Origin: Gracilinanus agilis
Lineage: Eukaryota
DNA: 64,000 nucleotides
Assembly: GCF_016433145.1 (NCBI RefSeq)
Contig: NC_058130.1
Coordinates: 498,416,367 to 498,480,366 of the forward strand
Direction: 5' to 3'
Shown here one piece after another: positions 38,744-51,960 of this stretch. Within the stretch, counting starts at the first letter, position 1, and every line of letters starts with the position of its first letter. Under the pieces are notes generated by a model. That model was not told the DNA's origin and searched no databases. It saw only the letters and a program-made list of their open reading frames with translations. The translations under genes and the position numbers were made by a program.

Positions 38744-39127
38744 TTCCTTNNNNNNNNNNNNNNNNNNNNNNNNNNNNNNNNNNNNNNNNNNNNNNNNNNN
38801 NNNNNNNNNNNNNNNNNNNNNNNNNNNNNNNNNNNNNNNNNNNNNNNNNNNNNNNNNNNNNNNNNNNNNNNNNNNNNNNNNNNNNNNNNNNNNNNNNNNN
38901 NNNNNNNNNNNNNNNNNNNNNNNNNNNNNNNNNNNNNNNNNNNNNNNNNNNNNNNNNNNNNNNNNNNNNNNNNNNNNNNNNNNNNNNNNNNNNNNNNNNN
39001 NNNNNNNNNNNNNNNNNNNNNNNNNNNNNNNNNNNNNNNNNNNNNNNTTCCTTCCTCCCTCCCTCCCTTCCTTCCTCCCTCCCTCCCTCCCTTCCTTCCT
39101 TCCTTCCTTCCTTCCTTCCTTCCTTTC
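38661..39127. repeat. (TTTC)n/(TTCC)n/(CTCC)n microsatellite containing an assembly gap (N at 38750-39047)
   Basis: Read directly from the sequence. Confidence 0.98.
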
Positions 39128-39989
39128 TATTGAGGGAATTTGTTTTGCTTCACTACACATATTTTTTTATTAGGAATTTCTTTTCCTTTACTTATTGTGA
39201 TAAGCAGCATTTCTAGTATTATGTCAAAAAGAAGTGGCAATGGTGAACATCATTGTTTTACCTCTGATTTTATTGGGAAATACTCTAATTTATCTTTCTT
39301 ACATATGATGTTGACTTGGTTTTAGAAATATACTATTTATTATTTTAAGGAAAGGTCTATTTGCTCCTATGTTTTGTAGTACGTTTTTTGAGCTGAAATG
39401 GACCTCGTATTTTATCAAAGCTTTTTTGGTATCTTATAATCATATTATTTTTGTTGATTTTATTATTATTATTTAAAAAAAACCCTTACCTTCCATCTTA
39501 GAATAAATACTAAGTATTGGTTCCAAGGCAGAAGGGCAGTAAGGGCTAGGCAATGGGGGTTAAGTGACTGGCCAACAGTCACACAGATAGGAAGTGTCTG
39601 AGGCCAGATTTGAACCCAAGACCTCCCTTCTCTGGGTCTGGCTCTCACTCTACTCTGTCATCTATCTGTTCCCTGATTTTATTATTAATATAGTTAGCTA
39701 AGTCTATACTTTTCCTAATATTAAACCAACTCTGCATTTCAGGTATGAATTCATTCTGGTTATAGTGCATAGCATTTTTGATATGTTGCTTTAATCTCTT
39801 TGCTCACATTTTATTAATTTTTAAAATTTATGTGAATTAAGGATATTGTTTTAAAGCTTTCATTCTACTTTGACTCTTCCTAGTTTTTATATCAAGACCA
39901 TATCTGTGTCATAGAAAGAATTTGTCAAGATCTCTTTCTTTGCTGTTTTTGCAATTTGTTTATTTAATATTTTCCCATAAGAGTAAACA

Positions 39990-40410
39990 TGGGATGATGC
40001 CTCTTTTGTCTTGAACTTTGGACCACCTAGATTAGTTAGACATTAGAAGTGTGGCAGACAGATATAATTCTAGGCTGATACCCACCCCTCTTGAAGCCTA
40101 GAGAAAAAAGTATCTTGCCTTGCCTGGGCTCCTGATGCCTCCCTGTCTCTCTCTCTTGTTTTGCCCTCTACCTTCCAGGTAATATGTGGGTGATGTGGGC
40201 TCTGCCCTTGGCTCCCCTCCTCTACCTAGAGGTGAGTCAGGCCTCAGATCCTGTCCACATATATGACACATTTACACAATCCATGTGGACATTCCTATCA
40301 TGTACGAACAAGGATGGACAAGGTTTACCTAGATGGACTGTGATGTACATCACTGAAAGGAACTTCCAAATTCATGAGATCACAGTTCCATTTTTAAGTA
40401 GGATCTCACA
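39990..40410 (-). mobile_element. Solo LTR (421 bp)
   Basis: Termini TGGGAT...CTCACA. Near-TSD AACA/AACC. Confidence 0.6.
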
Positions 40411-40479
40411 AACCTCAGGAAGGGAGCAGCTTTAATTAATAGGTAGAATTATTTTTTTAAATTTTAGAAAAATAGCATA

Positions 40480-40715
40480 GTACAAGATGATGCAGTAGAA
40501 AGATTGCTGAGTTGGGAGTAAGGAAGACTTGAGTACAAATCTGGCATCAGATACTTCCTACCTAGGCAAGTCACTTAACCCTATTTGTCTCAGTTCCCTC
40601 ATCTATATAATGAACTGGAGAAGGAAATTGCAAACCACTCTAGTATTTTTGCCACGAAAACCACAGAGTCATGAAGAGATGGGCACAACTGAAAAACAAC
40701 TGAACTACAACAAAA
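40480..40715 (+). mobile_element. MAR1-type SINE
   Basis: gaactggagaaggaaattgcaaaccactctagtatttttgcc. Confidence 0.85.
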
Positions 40716-41783
40716 CATGACATAAAGGGTGGAGAGTTGGGCTCAGACACAGAAAGATCCAAGTGCCTGTCTTACTCTGTGTGACTCCAGAATTCTCTAA
40801 GACTGCATATGTACATGCCCTGGTAGACAGTTTCCCCATACACCAAGAAATTCATTGTCAAGAAAAAAAATACATTTTTAATTAGGCCATCCAGTATGTG
40901 TATTTATATAAGCATTTCAAAATAGTTTGAAAGTCATAGGTTGAACATTCTCCTTCAAAACTTATCTTGGATTCTTTTTTTAATATCCCCTTTGCCAGTT
41001 TGTTTATTGTACTATGTCTCTTAGTAAGCTTTTATGTAAATCATTCAAAAGTAATCATAAGCATAATACATGTTCTAATGATGAAATTATGAATCAGTTA
41101 GCTCCAAAATAACAAGATTTTATGAAAATCCATAATAGTAGATAGAACAAGACCACCAATGGTGAAGTAAAGATAATGGATAGAATTTAGATTTTAAGGA
41201 GCAGCTAGTAGGCTAAACAAAATTCTCTGAGGAAGGAAATATATTTAAAAGGATCAAAGAGCTGACATACAGGGTGCCAAATAAATAAAGGGTAAGATGA
41301 TTTAATGATTTGCAAAATATGACTCAAAAATGTGAACCTCTGGAATAGAAATACACAAAGATAAGAAAGTATTACTTATCTTAGAATAATGTCATATTCT
41401 GAATTCCTTTTGTAAAAGATAACTCTTCTCCACCTAGAAACAGACTTTCACCAGCTCATCTCTCTTGTTCTAGTGTAATAGAAAAGCTAAGCTTAGACTC
41501 AGGACCTCTAGGTTCAACTCCTTCTTCTGAAACTTGGTGATTGTGTTTTTCTAGACAAGTTGGTTAACCTCTGAGTCTCTTCCCTCATTTGTAAAAAGTG
41601 GATAATAGCTTTGGGGAGCTCATGTATGAATAGTGCTTTGTAAAAGTGAGTGATTAATAGCTGGTTTATGTCATTCAGAGAATTTCTAGATTCTGCTTGT
41701 GTTTATACTTCTTTGTTGCTTGAATGACAGAAACACAGGGTCATGGAACCCCAAATTTAGAGCTAAAAGAGAAATTAGAAGAC

Positions 41784-41951
41784 ATTTCATCCAACTTCTT
41801 CATTTAACAGATGAGGAAATAGATCTGCTGATAGAAGTGACCTTCTCAAATTCATGTGAGAAAGTAAGAAGCAGGATTAGTATTAGCCTTTAGAACCTTT
41901 GACTACATTCTTTCCATTGTTTCATGGGTTAATTGATGTTGAGCTAGAAGC
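41784..41951 (+). repeat. Local direct duplication, copy A (antisense MIR portion plus flank)
   Basis: About 90% identical by eye to 43789-43957, including sequence beyond the MIR. Confidence 0.85.
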
Positions 41952-43389
41952 AACTCTTTTCTTCCTATTATTTCCATGCATAGAAAAATGATAAATTCTT
42001 TATCTTTATGGTTTTTTAAATGTTAATTTAAGCACACTTTTAATATGCTAATTGAACAAGCATTTATTAAAATTGTACAAGCACTGGGCTAGGGATGGAA
42101 ACAGAAAGACAAAAAGCAAAAGAGTCCTTGTCCTTAAGAGCCAGAACCCTATTGAATTGTTAAGAATCCCTAGAAGTTATCAACCTACCTTTAAATCAAC
42201 AAACTTATTGGCTTCCTTCAAACCTCTGTTAATATCTCATTTTTTGCAAGAAGTCTTTCTAAGATCTCTTAGTACCTTCCTTCTGAAACTCCCCCAATTT
42301 ATCTTGTCTATTGTTTGTACATAGTTGTTCACATGTTGTTTCCTCCAGTGGATTGTGAGCTCCTCAAGAGCAGGGATTTTTTTTTAACTTTATTAGTATT
42401 CTCAGTACTTATCATAGTAGATTTTATTAAATGCAAGTTGATTAATTGAATATTAGTTAACCTTAGCTATTATGTATACATGTACAAATATATAAAATGT
42501 TAAAGTGTTTTCAGGTACCCATTTATTTTTTCAGCACAGATTATAAATATTTGTCTAAAGGATATTATTTCATTTTCAACTGAGATTATGATTCAAGTCA
42601 TGTTGGTCTTCCTGTTTGTTAGGTGGACTGAGCCTTGGGAAGTCCCATGGGCACCCTGGTAAGTTATGTACTCTGTGTTCTAAACGAAGTGCCAGGAAAA
42701 TGCCAAGCTTTCTATGAGTTTCAGAGTGGACAATCTTCCATCTCTCCCCTACATCTCCTCCCACATGCTTCTGTCTCTCTGGGGGTGATTGTGATCATTT
42801 CACCCTTGAAATAATGGTTTTAGTGATTTGAGCAAATAAACATACATTGATTTTGTATCCAATATTTTATTCCTCATCATAGATTCAGAAAAGGCAATAG
42901 AACTGATGTCACAGACCCTCTCTTGCATTTGCTCAACTTCTTCAGACTTCAGCAGGCTTTAACCAGTTTATAGCTATGGCCCAAATCCAGGGATTTTAGA
43001 ATCCAGATGCTCCACCAGCTGGGCCCCTCTTTGGCAACGAGCAATGCACAGGTCAATTTGTTTATTCCCCCCAAAGCCATTCTTCCTGGTAACAATCAAA
43101 GAAATGTAAGAAGTAAAAAAGTTTCCAACTGATGTTCAACTCATAGTATCCAGCAGGGCCCATTCCCAGTCATGGAATGATGGATTCTACAACTCTGGAT
43201 TTAGGACTTCTGTGCTCATGCTGGCTGTTCTGTTTAGGCCATGATTCCAACTTCTCTTACCTTATAAAACATGTCATGGACTGGCATCAGCCCAAAGACA
43301 TCACAGTCTAAGAAAGCATTTGGCATCACACCAAAGTAGATCTTTTCCTTCCCGATTGACATTTTGCCTCCACTATCCTTCTGTCTCCT

Positions 43390-43590
43390 CTGTATATTCT
43401 TTTTTTTTTAAAAAATTCTTACCTTCTCTCTTAGAATCAATACTAAGTATTGGTTCCAAGGCAGAAGAGTGGTAAGGTAGGCAATTGGGGCTAAATGATT
43501 TGACAAGGGTCACATAGGTAGGAAGTGTTTTGAACCCAGGACCTCTCATCTATGTGCCTGACTCTCATTCCACTGAGTTATCTAGTTGCC
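43390..43590 (-). mobile_element. SINE1_Mdo-type SINE
   Basis: Antisense copy with a poly-T start and tattggttccaaggcagaagagtggtaagg. Confidence 0.85.
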
Positions 43591-43788
43591 CTTCCTCTGT
43601 ATAGTCTTGATGTCAAGTTCTCAGTGGCTGATAATAGAATATCACTTCTCAGGGCTTCTTCCCCCTACGTTTGACAATTTCTCATGGGTGGAACAAAAGC
43701 AAAACTGGAGAGTTAGATGGACCTTACTTAGGATACATTTAAATTAATCAAAGAATTAAATTGATTAGATCTAAATCTCAAGAATAGT

Positions 43789-43957
43789 ATTTCGTCCAAC
43801 TTCCTCATTTAACAGATGAGGAAACAGATCCCCTGATAGAAGTGACCTTCTTAAATTCATGTGAGAAAGTAAGGAGCAGGATTGGTATTAGCCCTTAGAA
43901 CCTTTGACTACATTCTTCCATCCTATCTCATGGGTTAATTGATTTAGAACTAGAAGC
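43789..43957 (+). repeat. Local direct duplication, copy B
   Basis: Matches 41784-41951. Confidence 0.85.
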
Positions 43958-44135
43958 TGAAAAAATAAATGGGTATCTGAAAATATTTTAACATTTTATA
44001 TATTTGTATATGTATATAGTAAAGAGGTGTGATTGAGTAAAGGAAGATTATTCCTTCCTGATTAGAAAAGTTTAGCTACAGTATGAATGCTGTCTATGAA
44101 TGCATGCTCAGGATGGTAACAACAAAACTCTATTC

Positions 44136-44340
44136 TAGTGGTTTCAAACTTAAATAGAAATGGAGGCTGCTGATACATGAGTACATAAGGATCCCTATGG
44201 GTCACATATTAAGTTATTTTAGAACTATAATGTTAACTATGTTTTATTGTGTTTTTATTTATTTTGGTAAATATTTCCAAATTATATTTTAATCTATTTC
44301 AGTCTTCTCTCAGGAGTATTGCTGGATGCTTGGCCCCTCT
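44136..44340 (+). mobile_element. hAT/Charlie-like MITE
   Basis: Begins tagtggtttcaaact, similar to the hAT terminal repeat CAGTGGT. Body is shared with the copies at 15661 and 12371. Confidence 0.55.
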
Positions 44341-47300
44341 TCTCTGTCCCATCTCATTCCCTCCCCTGTCTTCAGTTTTGGATAAACTACACACTGAAGA
44401 GAACACCCCCACAAAGCAGAAAACTTCAGGGGGACAGAAAACAGTTTTTCCTTCATACAAATAGAAAGGAATGGAAAGAGAGCTAATCAGAGTCCTGGGA
44501 AAGATCACTGAAATTCTTTCTTGGGATTAACAGAAAGCCATCATAAATAAATTCCTTTCCCTAACATAGAGGCAGGACTAAAGCAAAAGCATTGAGAAGG
44601 ACTCTGAGTATGTAGGAACTGAATGAAAGTTCAGGGCTTATGATATCCTCAATAACATGAAAGAAAGCTGAAGTTTTCTCTTGAAAATGGAGCAGGCAAG
44701 TCTTAACAAATACTAGGTGTAAAGTCGTTAAAAAGCCAGCAAATTACTTTTTTTGTGTTAAATATTTTCTAATTAATCTTAGCTAAAGTTGTAAAATTAG
44801 ACTTCATTCTTCCCATTTATATACATTCCCTTATTATTATTATATTTTGAAAAAAGCACACTTAAGGCCTCAGGAAGTAGGGTTGGCAGTTGGAGTTAGG
44901 ATCTCCTTGTGGTTAGGGAATGGAAGTGGAAAAGAGAGCCAGTAGGTAGATGATAAAGGGAATGATATATACCAGGACTTTTACTAATCTTCAAGATACC
45001 CTGCCAGATAGACCAAACTTTCCTGAGAATCCTCTGAGATTGTTGTATAGACTTTTGGTAAAGCCAACTTAGTTCTCAACCTGAATTCTAATCTCTCTTC
45101 AATATTCTTTAGAGGGGCTGTCATAGGATCATAGATTTAGAACTATAAGGAATCTCAGGAACTTTCTGCTCTTCCTAATGTGCTGAAAACCCATTCCCAA
45201 GTATTCCTCCACTTTTACTACCAGGATGATAAAGAGTATTACTTAAAATCATGGAAATGAGCTGAGATTCTATCCATTAATGAAATTAGGGTGAAAATAT
45301 TCACTGCTGCTTGAAATATTTTTTTTTACTCTACTTAACTCCTGAATTTGAAACCCATGAAAATTGTCCCAAACTTTTTCCTCTATGAAGTCCCCAATAA
45401 TACTGTATCTGTTATGTTCAGATGATGGTTTAGGGTTCTACTTAATTGAGAAACTTAAACCATTTGATAGGAGATTCCTCAAATCTCCTCCTTCATTCCT
45501 CGAAACTTAGTAATGTGATGATTTCTTTCCTCCTTTTCTAAGAGATCTTTCTATGATCAACCTCTTTTCTTGTCTCATCCTTTCCCATCTACTGTTAGAG
45601 TAGTTCTAGCAATCATCTCCTACTTACCAGTTCTATACCATCCTGCTGCTACATCTTTGCTTTATCTTATACCTGTCTAGAATGTCCTCCTTTTCTTCTG
45701 CCTCAGAAATTACTGTTAATCTCTTTAAGTCCTCTTCAGATGCCAAATCCTACATGTATCTTTCCAGGACTTGATCCTTTCCTTAGACCTCACATATCAT
45801 TTGATTATATCTTTCATTTACTTATTATAAATTATTTACTATTATAGTTATTTGTCCCTATATCATATTCAGCTCTCTCATTTTCCCCAAGTTAAAAAAT
45901 CCATGAAGTCAGTTTATATTTTAGCCCATGTCGAGCACAGGACTCTGTCTACAATAGATCCTTAAAACATATTTGATGAATCGAATTTTTGTTGAAATAT
46001 GAATGGAATTAAAGGCTGACCTACTTAATTTCAAATTACAAATGGTGTAACTAGAGATCTTGTACCATATTTCTAACAATAAATTGTGCATTCTTAGGAT
46101 TATTGAATCAGGGAATAAGAACATGATGGAACCCAAAATATCTAGTGATGGAAGACATCTCAATGATCATCTAGTCCAATTCATTCATTCTACTGATAAC
46201 ACCAAGACCCAAAGAGGTTGAGTGATTTACTCAAGGTCATGTGGGTAAGTAAACATTAAAGACCTGGGATGGATATTTAGGACCTTTGACTCCAAATTCA
46301 ACATTCTTTCAGTTGCTCATAGCTATTTCTCAGCACCCTTTTGTAGATTTAGAATGTTTAAAAATAACCAATCTAGCTAAGAATTGAATCAATTATTTTC
46401 ATGCAGACTCCTTAATAAGAAGAATATAAATAGAAAAGCTAATTAAAAATAATGGCCACTTTAAAAAAATACTTTTCATTAATGCTCTAAGAGCATGTTG
46501 TTCTATAAACTAACAAATTTTCCTTCTCTGGGGAAAGATGCCTCAACAAGACCAGTCCAGAATGTACATATATACATCATATGTTTATTAATCCTGATTT
46601 CTAACAGTCTGGAAAGCTTATCAATAATTCCATTGTGCTTGTTTTAAAATCTTTCTGCCATGATCCAAATGCAACATCCTTATAGATGCACATATTAAAA
46701 TTGTAATGGACATATTGCAAGCATCTTTTTCCATATGGTGTGGGCCATTTGAATTTTAGTAGCAGTTTTTTATAACTTACAGCTCACTACTAAAATGTCA
46801 GTCCTCAGGAGAATAAAACAACTTCTATTTTAGGTTTTAGGCTCATTTGCTCTGATCTCTCAACCAGAAAAGCAGACTCCAAAGGCCTCTTTATTCGAAA
46901 TGAATTTAAGTCTCAGTTTGCTCCTACCTTTTCAGTCTATTAAAGCCAAGAGCGTTCCAGTATCTCCTCTCTTTGTTCATTTACTGAAGTTTATTGAGTT
47001 CATGCCATGAGACAGGCCGTCCCCACAGCTAACAAACCAACCTTTATGGCCACCAGAAGTCAGCGAAAGAGAGACGATAGGAAAAATGTCCCATTACTAC
47101 ATGCCTAATTTAACAAACATTTCATGTACTTTAACCTAATAAAGGAGCTCCTGATTTTCAAACGAGTTTTAGCTATCTGGAAGAAAACAGGGATGAACTT
47201 GCTGAGGCAAAATGGAAAAAAGAACATATGATTAAGCCTTCCTTTGATTTTAAAGTCATAATGTTGGGCAGGTCTAAAATGTCTGAGTAGCTCTTTGCTG

Positions 47301-48639
47301 ATAATCAGTTCTTCAAGGGCTTTGTCTAAGTAGCACCTGCTTATTTCAGGCAAGATAGTGTGTTTCTTTGATAGTCCCCTAGGAAAATAGAGAACTTGAC
47401 ATCTTATAAGATTTCCATTTGTGCTGACAGCTGAGCTCATTTTTCCAGGAAAGTTGTTTCACAGGATGATTCTGTTCTGGAAAATATTCAGCCTCTGGTA
47501 GTTTTTGCTTGAATAAAGTGGCCACTCTACCTAAGCAGGACACATAGTTCTTCCGAAAGCAACCTATTACTAATAATACAGTACAAGAAGGGAAGGAGGA
47601 AGGAAATAATTTTTCAATGACCATTAAAGACTTAGAAGCTGCTTAAAGTAGTGGTTCCACATGACATAACCTCAGGAAGAATGCAAGAAGTCAATGACTG
47701 GGGCAAATCTTGTCCTGGTCATTCTCTTTCCACCAAATCTATAAACTGATGTGGTACTAGATAGGTCCTAGGTGAAGAGAAGCAGTGGTGCCATTAGATT
47801 CGATCAGGGAAAGTCTGGGAAAGGCAGTTTTGTCTGAAATAGTCCAACCAGACTGGCTCAGCTTGGAGTGGTCTCTGGCCTTGCATACCGTGAGGAAAGT
47901 AGTGAAATTGTTAGGTTGCCTTGAATCTTCTGGAGAGGTTATCTTTTTAGTGATTCTCTTAAAAGCGAAGCATCTTTGCTTGGTCTGGATTCCATCTATA
48001 GGTCAATAAATCCAGGTTCGACTCAGAATCAGACTAGTTTCTAGGGATTACAAGATTCTAGAAGAGTAAGGCCATATCCACTAAGATGTTTATCTCGGTG
48101 TATTCTGCTACTTGCTGGACACTCTTTGGTAGCAATAGGCCAGACTTGGATGGAACTGGCAAAGAAAGGAGCTTGGTTCAGGGGAAAGAACTTTGCAATG
48201 GGATTGAGAAGACCTGAATTCTAATCCCACTTCAATCTCAATGGTATGGCTTTGAGTAAATGACTTGATCTCTTGATCACAATTTTCAAAGAATGGAATT
48301 GGGTGGGACTAAATAAGCCCTAAGGTTCCTTAAAAACTCAAAAACTATATGACTCCCCTGAAAGCTACAAGGAAGGAATCTTGAGGTGCTATGGTATAAT
48401 GAATAATAATCAAGATTGGATCACCTCTGGATTGAGGTGAAGTGCTTCTGAAGGAAGTGTAACCCCTCATTCTGGCAGCATTACTCCTGGAATACTGGAT
48501 ATACTCCCTACAAATGGAAAATTCTTTTCAGAATGCAAACAAAAATGTTGTTAACTATGATATGGGAATTAGTATCACCAAAGGATTTGGTGTTAGGGAT
48601 TGTGAATTTAAATTATAGCTTTGATACTTTTGCTGTTGT

Positions 48640-48870
48640 TTTTCTATTGTGCTTGACTCTTTGCAACAACATTTGAGGTTTTCCTGGCAAAGGTACTGAG
48701 TGATTTGCCATTTCTTCTTTGGCTCTTTACAGAGGAAACTGAGACAGAGTTAAGTGACTTGGCCAGGATCACAGGGGCTAGTAAGTGTCCAAGGTCATAT
48801 TTAAACTTAAGAAGATGAGTCTTACTGACTCCAGGACCATCCTTCTATCCATTGTGCTATCTAGCTGCCC
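48640..48870 (-). mobile_element. MAR1-type SINE
   Basis: gaggttttcctggcaaaggtactgagtgatttgccatttc. Confidence 0.85.
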
Positions 48871-49989
48871 TCTGATAGACCTAGCTATGCAAAAATCAGA
48901 CAAATCATTTAACCATTATGAACTTCAATGACTCTATTCATAAAATAGAGATTTCATTACCCTATAAACAACAATTCATAAATGGAGGTCAAAATCAGAA
49001 AATGCAGATAACATGCTGTGCAAACTATTAAAGGATACATATGCATGAGCTCTTCTAATTAATATACAAAGGTTTAATATCATAATTACTATTAAGTGAG
49101 CATCTCTGGATCATTAGTTTTTTTCATGTAGAAGGTCACAAGAGTGCTGTTTCTTTGGTAAAGACATTAATGCCTCTCTGCTCTAGATAATACTTTGTGG
49201 AGAATGAATAGGGTTATGGAATTCTTCCATTTTTGTGGCATTTATGTAAAAATTTCAAGTGAAACTTGGATTTCTCTAAATGTTATTTGAAGTTTTTTGA
49301 TTTATTCTTTTCCTAGTTTTTTAAAATCTGTATCGCAATTCATTGATCTGTTCTTTCTCCCTTTTATTAATTAAAGTGTTTGTCAATATAAAAGAATGCT
49401 TTAGTTGAATCCTAAAAGTTTTATTAGATTGACTCTACTGCTGGAAGCCTTCCTCTCTAAAATTGCTTTTCATCTTTTTCTGTATATATCTTGTTTATCT
49501 CTATTAATATGCTGCGCTTCTTTTTAGAATCTAAGTTCCCCAAGGGAAAGAGCATTTTTTCCCTCTATTTTTATCTTAAGTGTGTAGCACAGGGCCTAAT
49601 ATACAACAAGTACTTTAGAAATAATTTTTGGATTGATTAATATATAAACCACTGTTTGGATTTTTTTTTGGAAGGCACCAACACAGTATTTTCAGCTCAT
49701 AGATTATAGTGTCTTGATCAAAAAATTTATTCCATAAACAAAAGAGATGCCTGGCCACATTCTACTAGACCATCCCATGTACTAAATTTATTAAAGAAGT
49801 AAATAACACATTTTGGAAAGAAGGGACACAACTGCTCAGTTATTCCATCAGCCTAACTGAAGTTAATCCTCAGCATCCAGAATCAATAAAAGCCCAGAAT
49901 CCCAGTTTGGGCTTTGAGTCTATCAATTGAGATCTTCAGTGCAAGGCTCTCAAAGTAGTTCAAAGCAGACAAGTCAGTCATCAACCTAG

Positions 49990-50300
49990 TGTGACTACTC
50001 AGAATCAAAGACCCTAGTGCCTGCTTCAGCCTTCAGCAATCGTCATGGCTACTGGAATAAATTGTCCTCATCTATCCATTCTGCCTTAGGGGAATCTTCT
50101 CATGCTTGGGGTGACATTCCTGACTAAGTCCCTTATAAGTCTGAGGCATGTAAGTTATTCTAAACCTGGTTTAGCCCCATCTTTGGATAGGTGTGTAGCC
50201 ATTGTCCATAAAACAGCTTCTTAGAGACATAGGTTAAATTTGGGTGACAGGTGGACACCAAAGGTGGATGAACAGCCCTCACACTAGTGCTAGACCTATG
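49990..50300 (-). mobile_element. Marsupial RTE 5' UTR or RTE-derived SINE fragment
   Basis: gggtgacaggtggacaccaaaggtggatgaacagccc and aacctggtttagccc are recalled hallmarks of this family. Confidence 0.65.
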
Positions 50301-50940
50301 CACTTCGAAGGAAAAAGGAAATGAGGCTCCTGTTCAGCAGGTTCTTAGTTCAAATTGAATTGAAAAAAAAATTCTCTTGAAGCAACTGTCTTTTAAATAT
50401 TATCAATATCTTGTATTTGTATATCATTTTCATTAGGAAATATTTGCTTCTTTCTTCCCTATCCAGTGAGCCATATCCTGGGACAGATTTTTAAAAAGAG
50501 AAATAAAGTAGTTCGCCAAAGTCCATTGACATATTAAACGTGTTTGAAAGAATATGCAATATGATGCAACCATAGCTCTCCAGCTCTGAGAAGAAGGAAG
50601 GGAGGTACATTTTCTCAACTCTTCTCATGCCCAAATCGATAATGATAGGGTATCCAACTTTTTAAGAACAATTGATTTTTAAAAAAGAAACAAATGGAGC
50701 CAACTGCATTTTCTCTGAAAAAAGTGAACTCACAATATGTGAAAGGGTCATTCTCCAGAGAAAACAGAATTAGAATCCACAAAATCTGATAAATCACAGA
50801 GAAGCAAGATAAGATCTTTGTGTGGAAAACTATCCTGTTCTGAATTCTTAAATCAAATAACTTATTAACTACCCATTTAAAATTACTTAGTCAATTTGAA
50901 ATTTAAAATAACTAAACCATTATTAAATAAGTAATAATAT

Positions 50941-50991
50941 ATATGTGTGTGTGCTTATATATATATATATATATATAATACATATATATAT
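50941..50991. repeat. (TG)n(TA)n microsatellite
   Basis: Read directly from the sequence. Confidence 0.95.
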
Positions 50992-51960
50992 GACAAAGAA
51001 CTAGATAATGAAAATAAATAATTTATTTGATAGAGAATCCTATAGATTACCTTTTACTCTGGACTCTTCATGATTCCCACAAATTTCAATATAATAATAT
51101 AACTTGTGGAATTTAACACTGTCATTATGTTCCCTTAGAGGCAATGGTCACAATATAAATCTTTATTAAATAATGTTATGTTTCATGGTCTATGGAACAC
51201 AGTGGACTAATAAAGGGAAGAAAATCAACCTAGATTGGTAAATATGTATCACCTCTTTGAAAAGATAAAACAGTTATTAAAATTGATTTTAAGTAATTTA
51301 ATCCTCAGCTCTTTTTGGTATTCATTCCAGTAAGCTTACCATTTTCTCTTGCAAGTAAGTAAATAGGTAGATATGTAAATCTAAAGGTCTGTTGTAAACA
51401 TAACCACTTCTTTATTAACTAGGGAGAATCTGAACATAGAATATTGAGACTCCAAAGCCAGTTCTTGATCTGTTTAGCCACATAGTCTCTTATTTCCTAG
51501 ACGTTTCAATTTGATTTATAGTTGGTGTGTACAGGACACAAATGTTAAAAATTTTTAGTGGTTTTGAACAAGGATGAATAGCAGTCTCCTGGACTGTTTC
51601 AATTAATAAGTTTCCTTATAAATGATTTCATGAGCCAATATTAGAAGGAAAATAGAAAACTGGGAAAAATTTTATAATAATTTTTATAGCCTGATAAAGG
51701 TCTCATTTCTGAAATATATAGAGAACTGAATCAAACTTGTAAGTATACAAGTCCTTTCCCAGCTGATTAATGGTCAAAGGATATGAACAGGTAGTTTTCA
51801 GAAGAAGAAATAAAAGCTATTTATAGTCATATAAAAACATCTAAATCACTTTTGGTTAGAGAAATTTAAATTATAAATACTCTGAATTACCATGTGAAAT
51901 ATGACAGAAAAGGAAAATGACAGATGTTGGAGGTGATATGGGAAAATTGGGACACATATA

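Larger units (their letters stand above)
37830..39970 (-). mobile_element. Old L1 ORF2 fragments hosting the RTE, a microsatellite with the gap, and a SINE (39477-39670)
   Basis: Antisense L1 segments ttggggaatgg...tatatcttggaaataagacctttatcagagaa and ttggttatagtgcatagc. Confidence 0.75.

Noticed and set aside
38638-39216. The three longest ORFs (167-192 aa)
   Set aside because: They are translations of a microsatellite and 298 Ns.
42560-43330. GC-richer block, possibly an LTR or ERV fragment
   Set aside because: I could not define termini, a TSD or coding motifs, so it is left unannotated.
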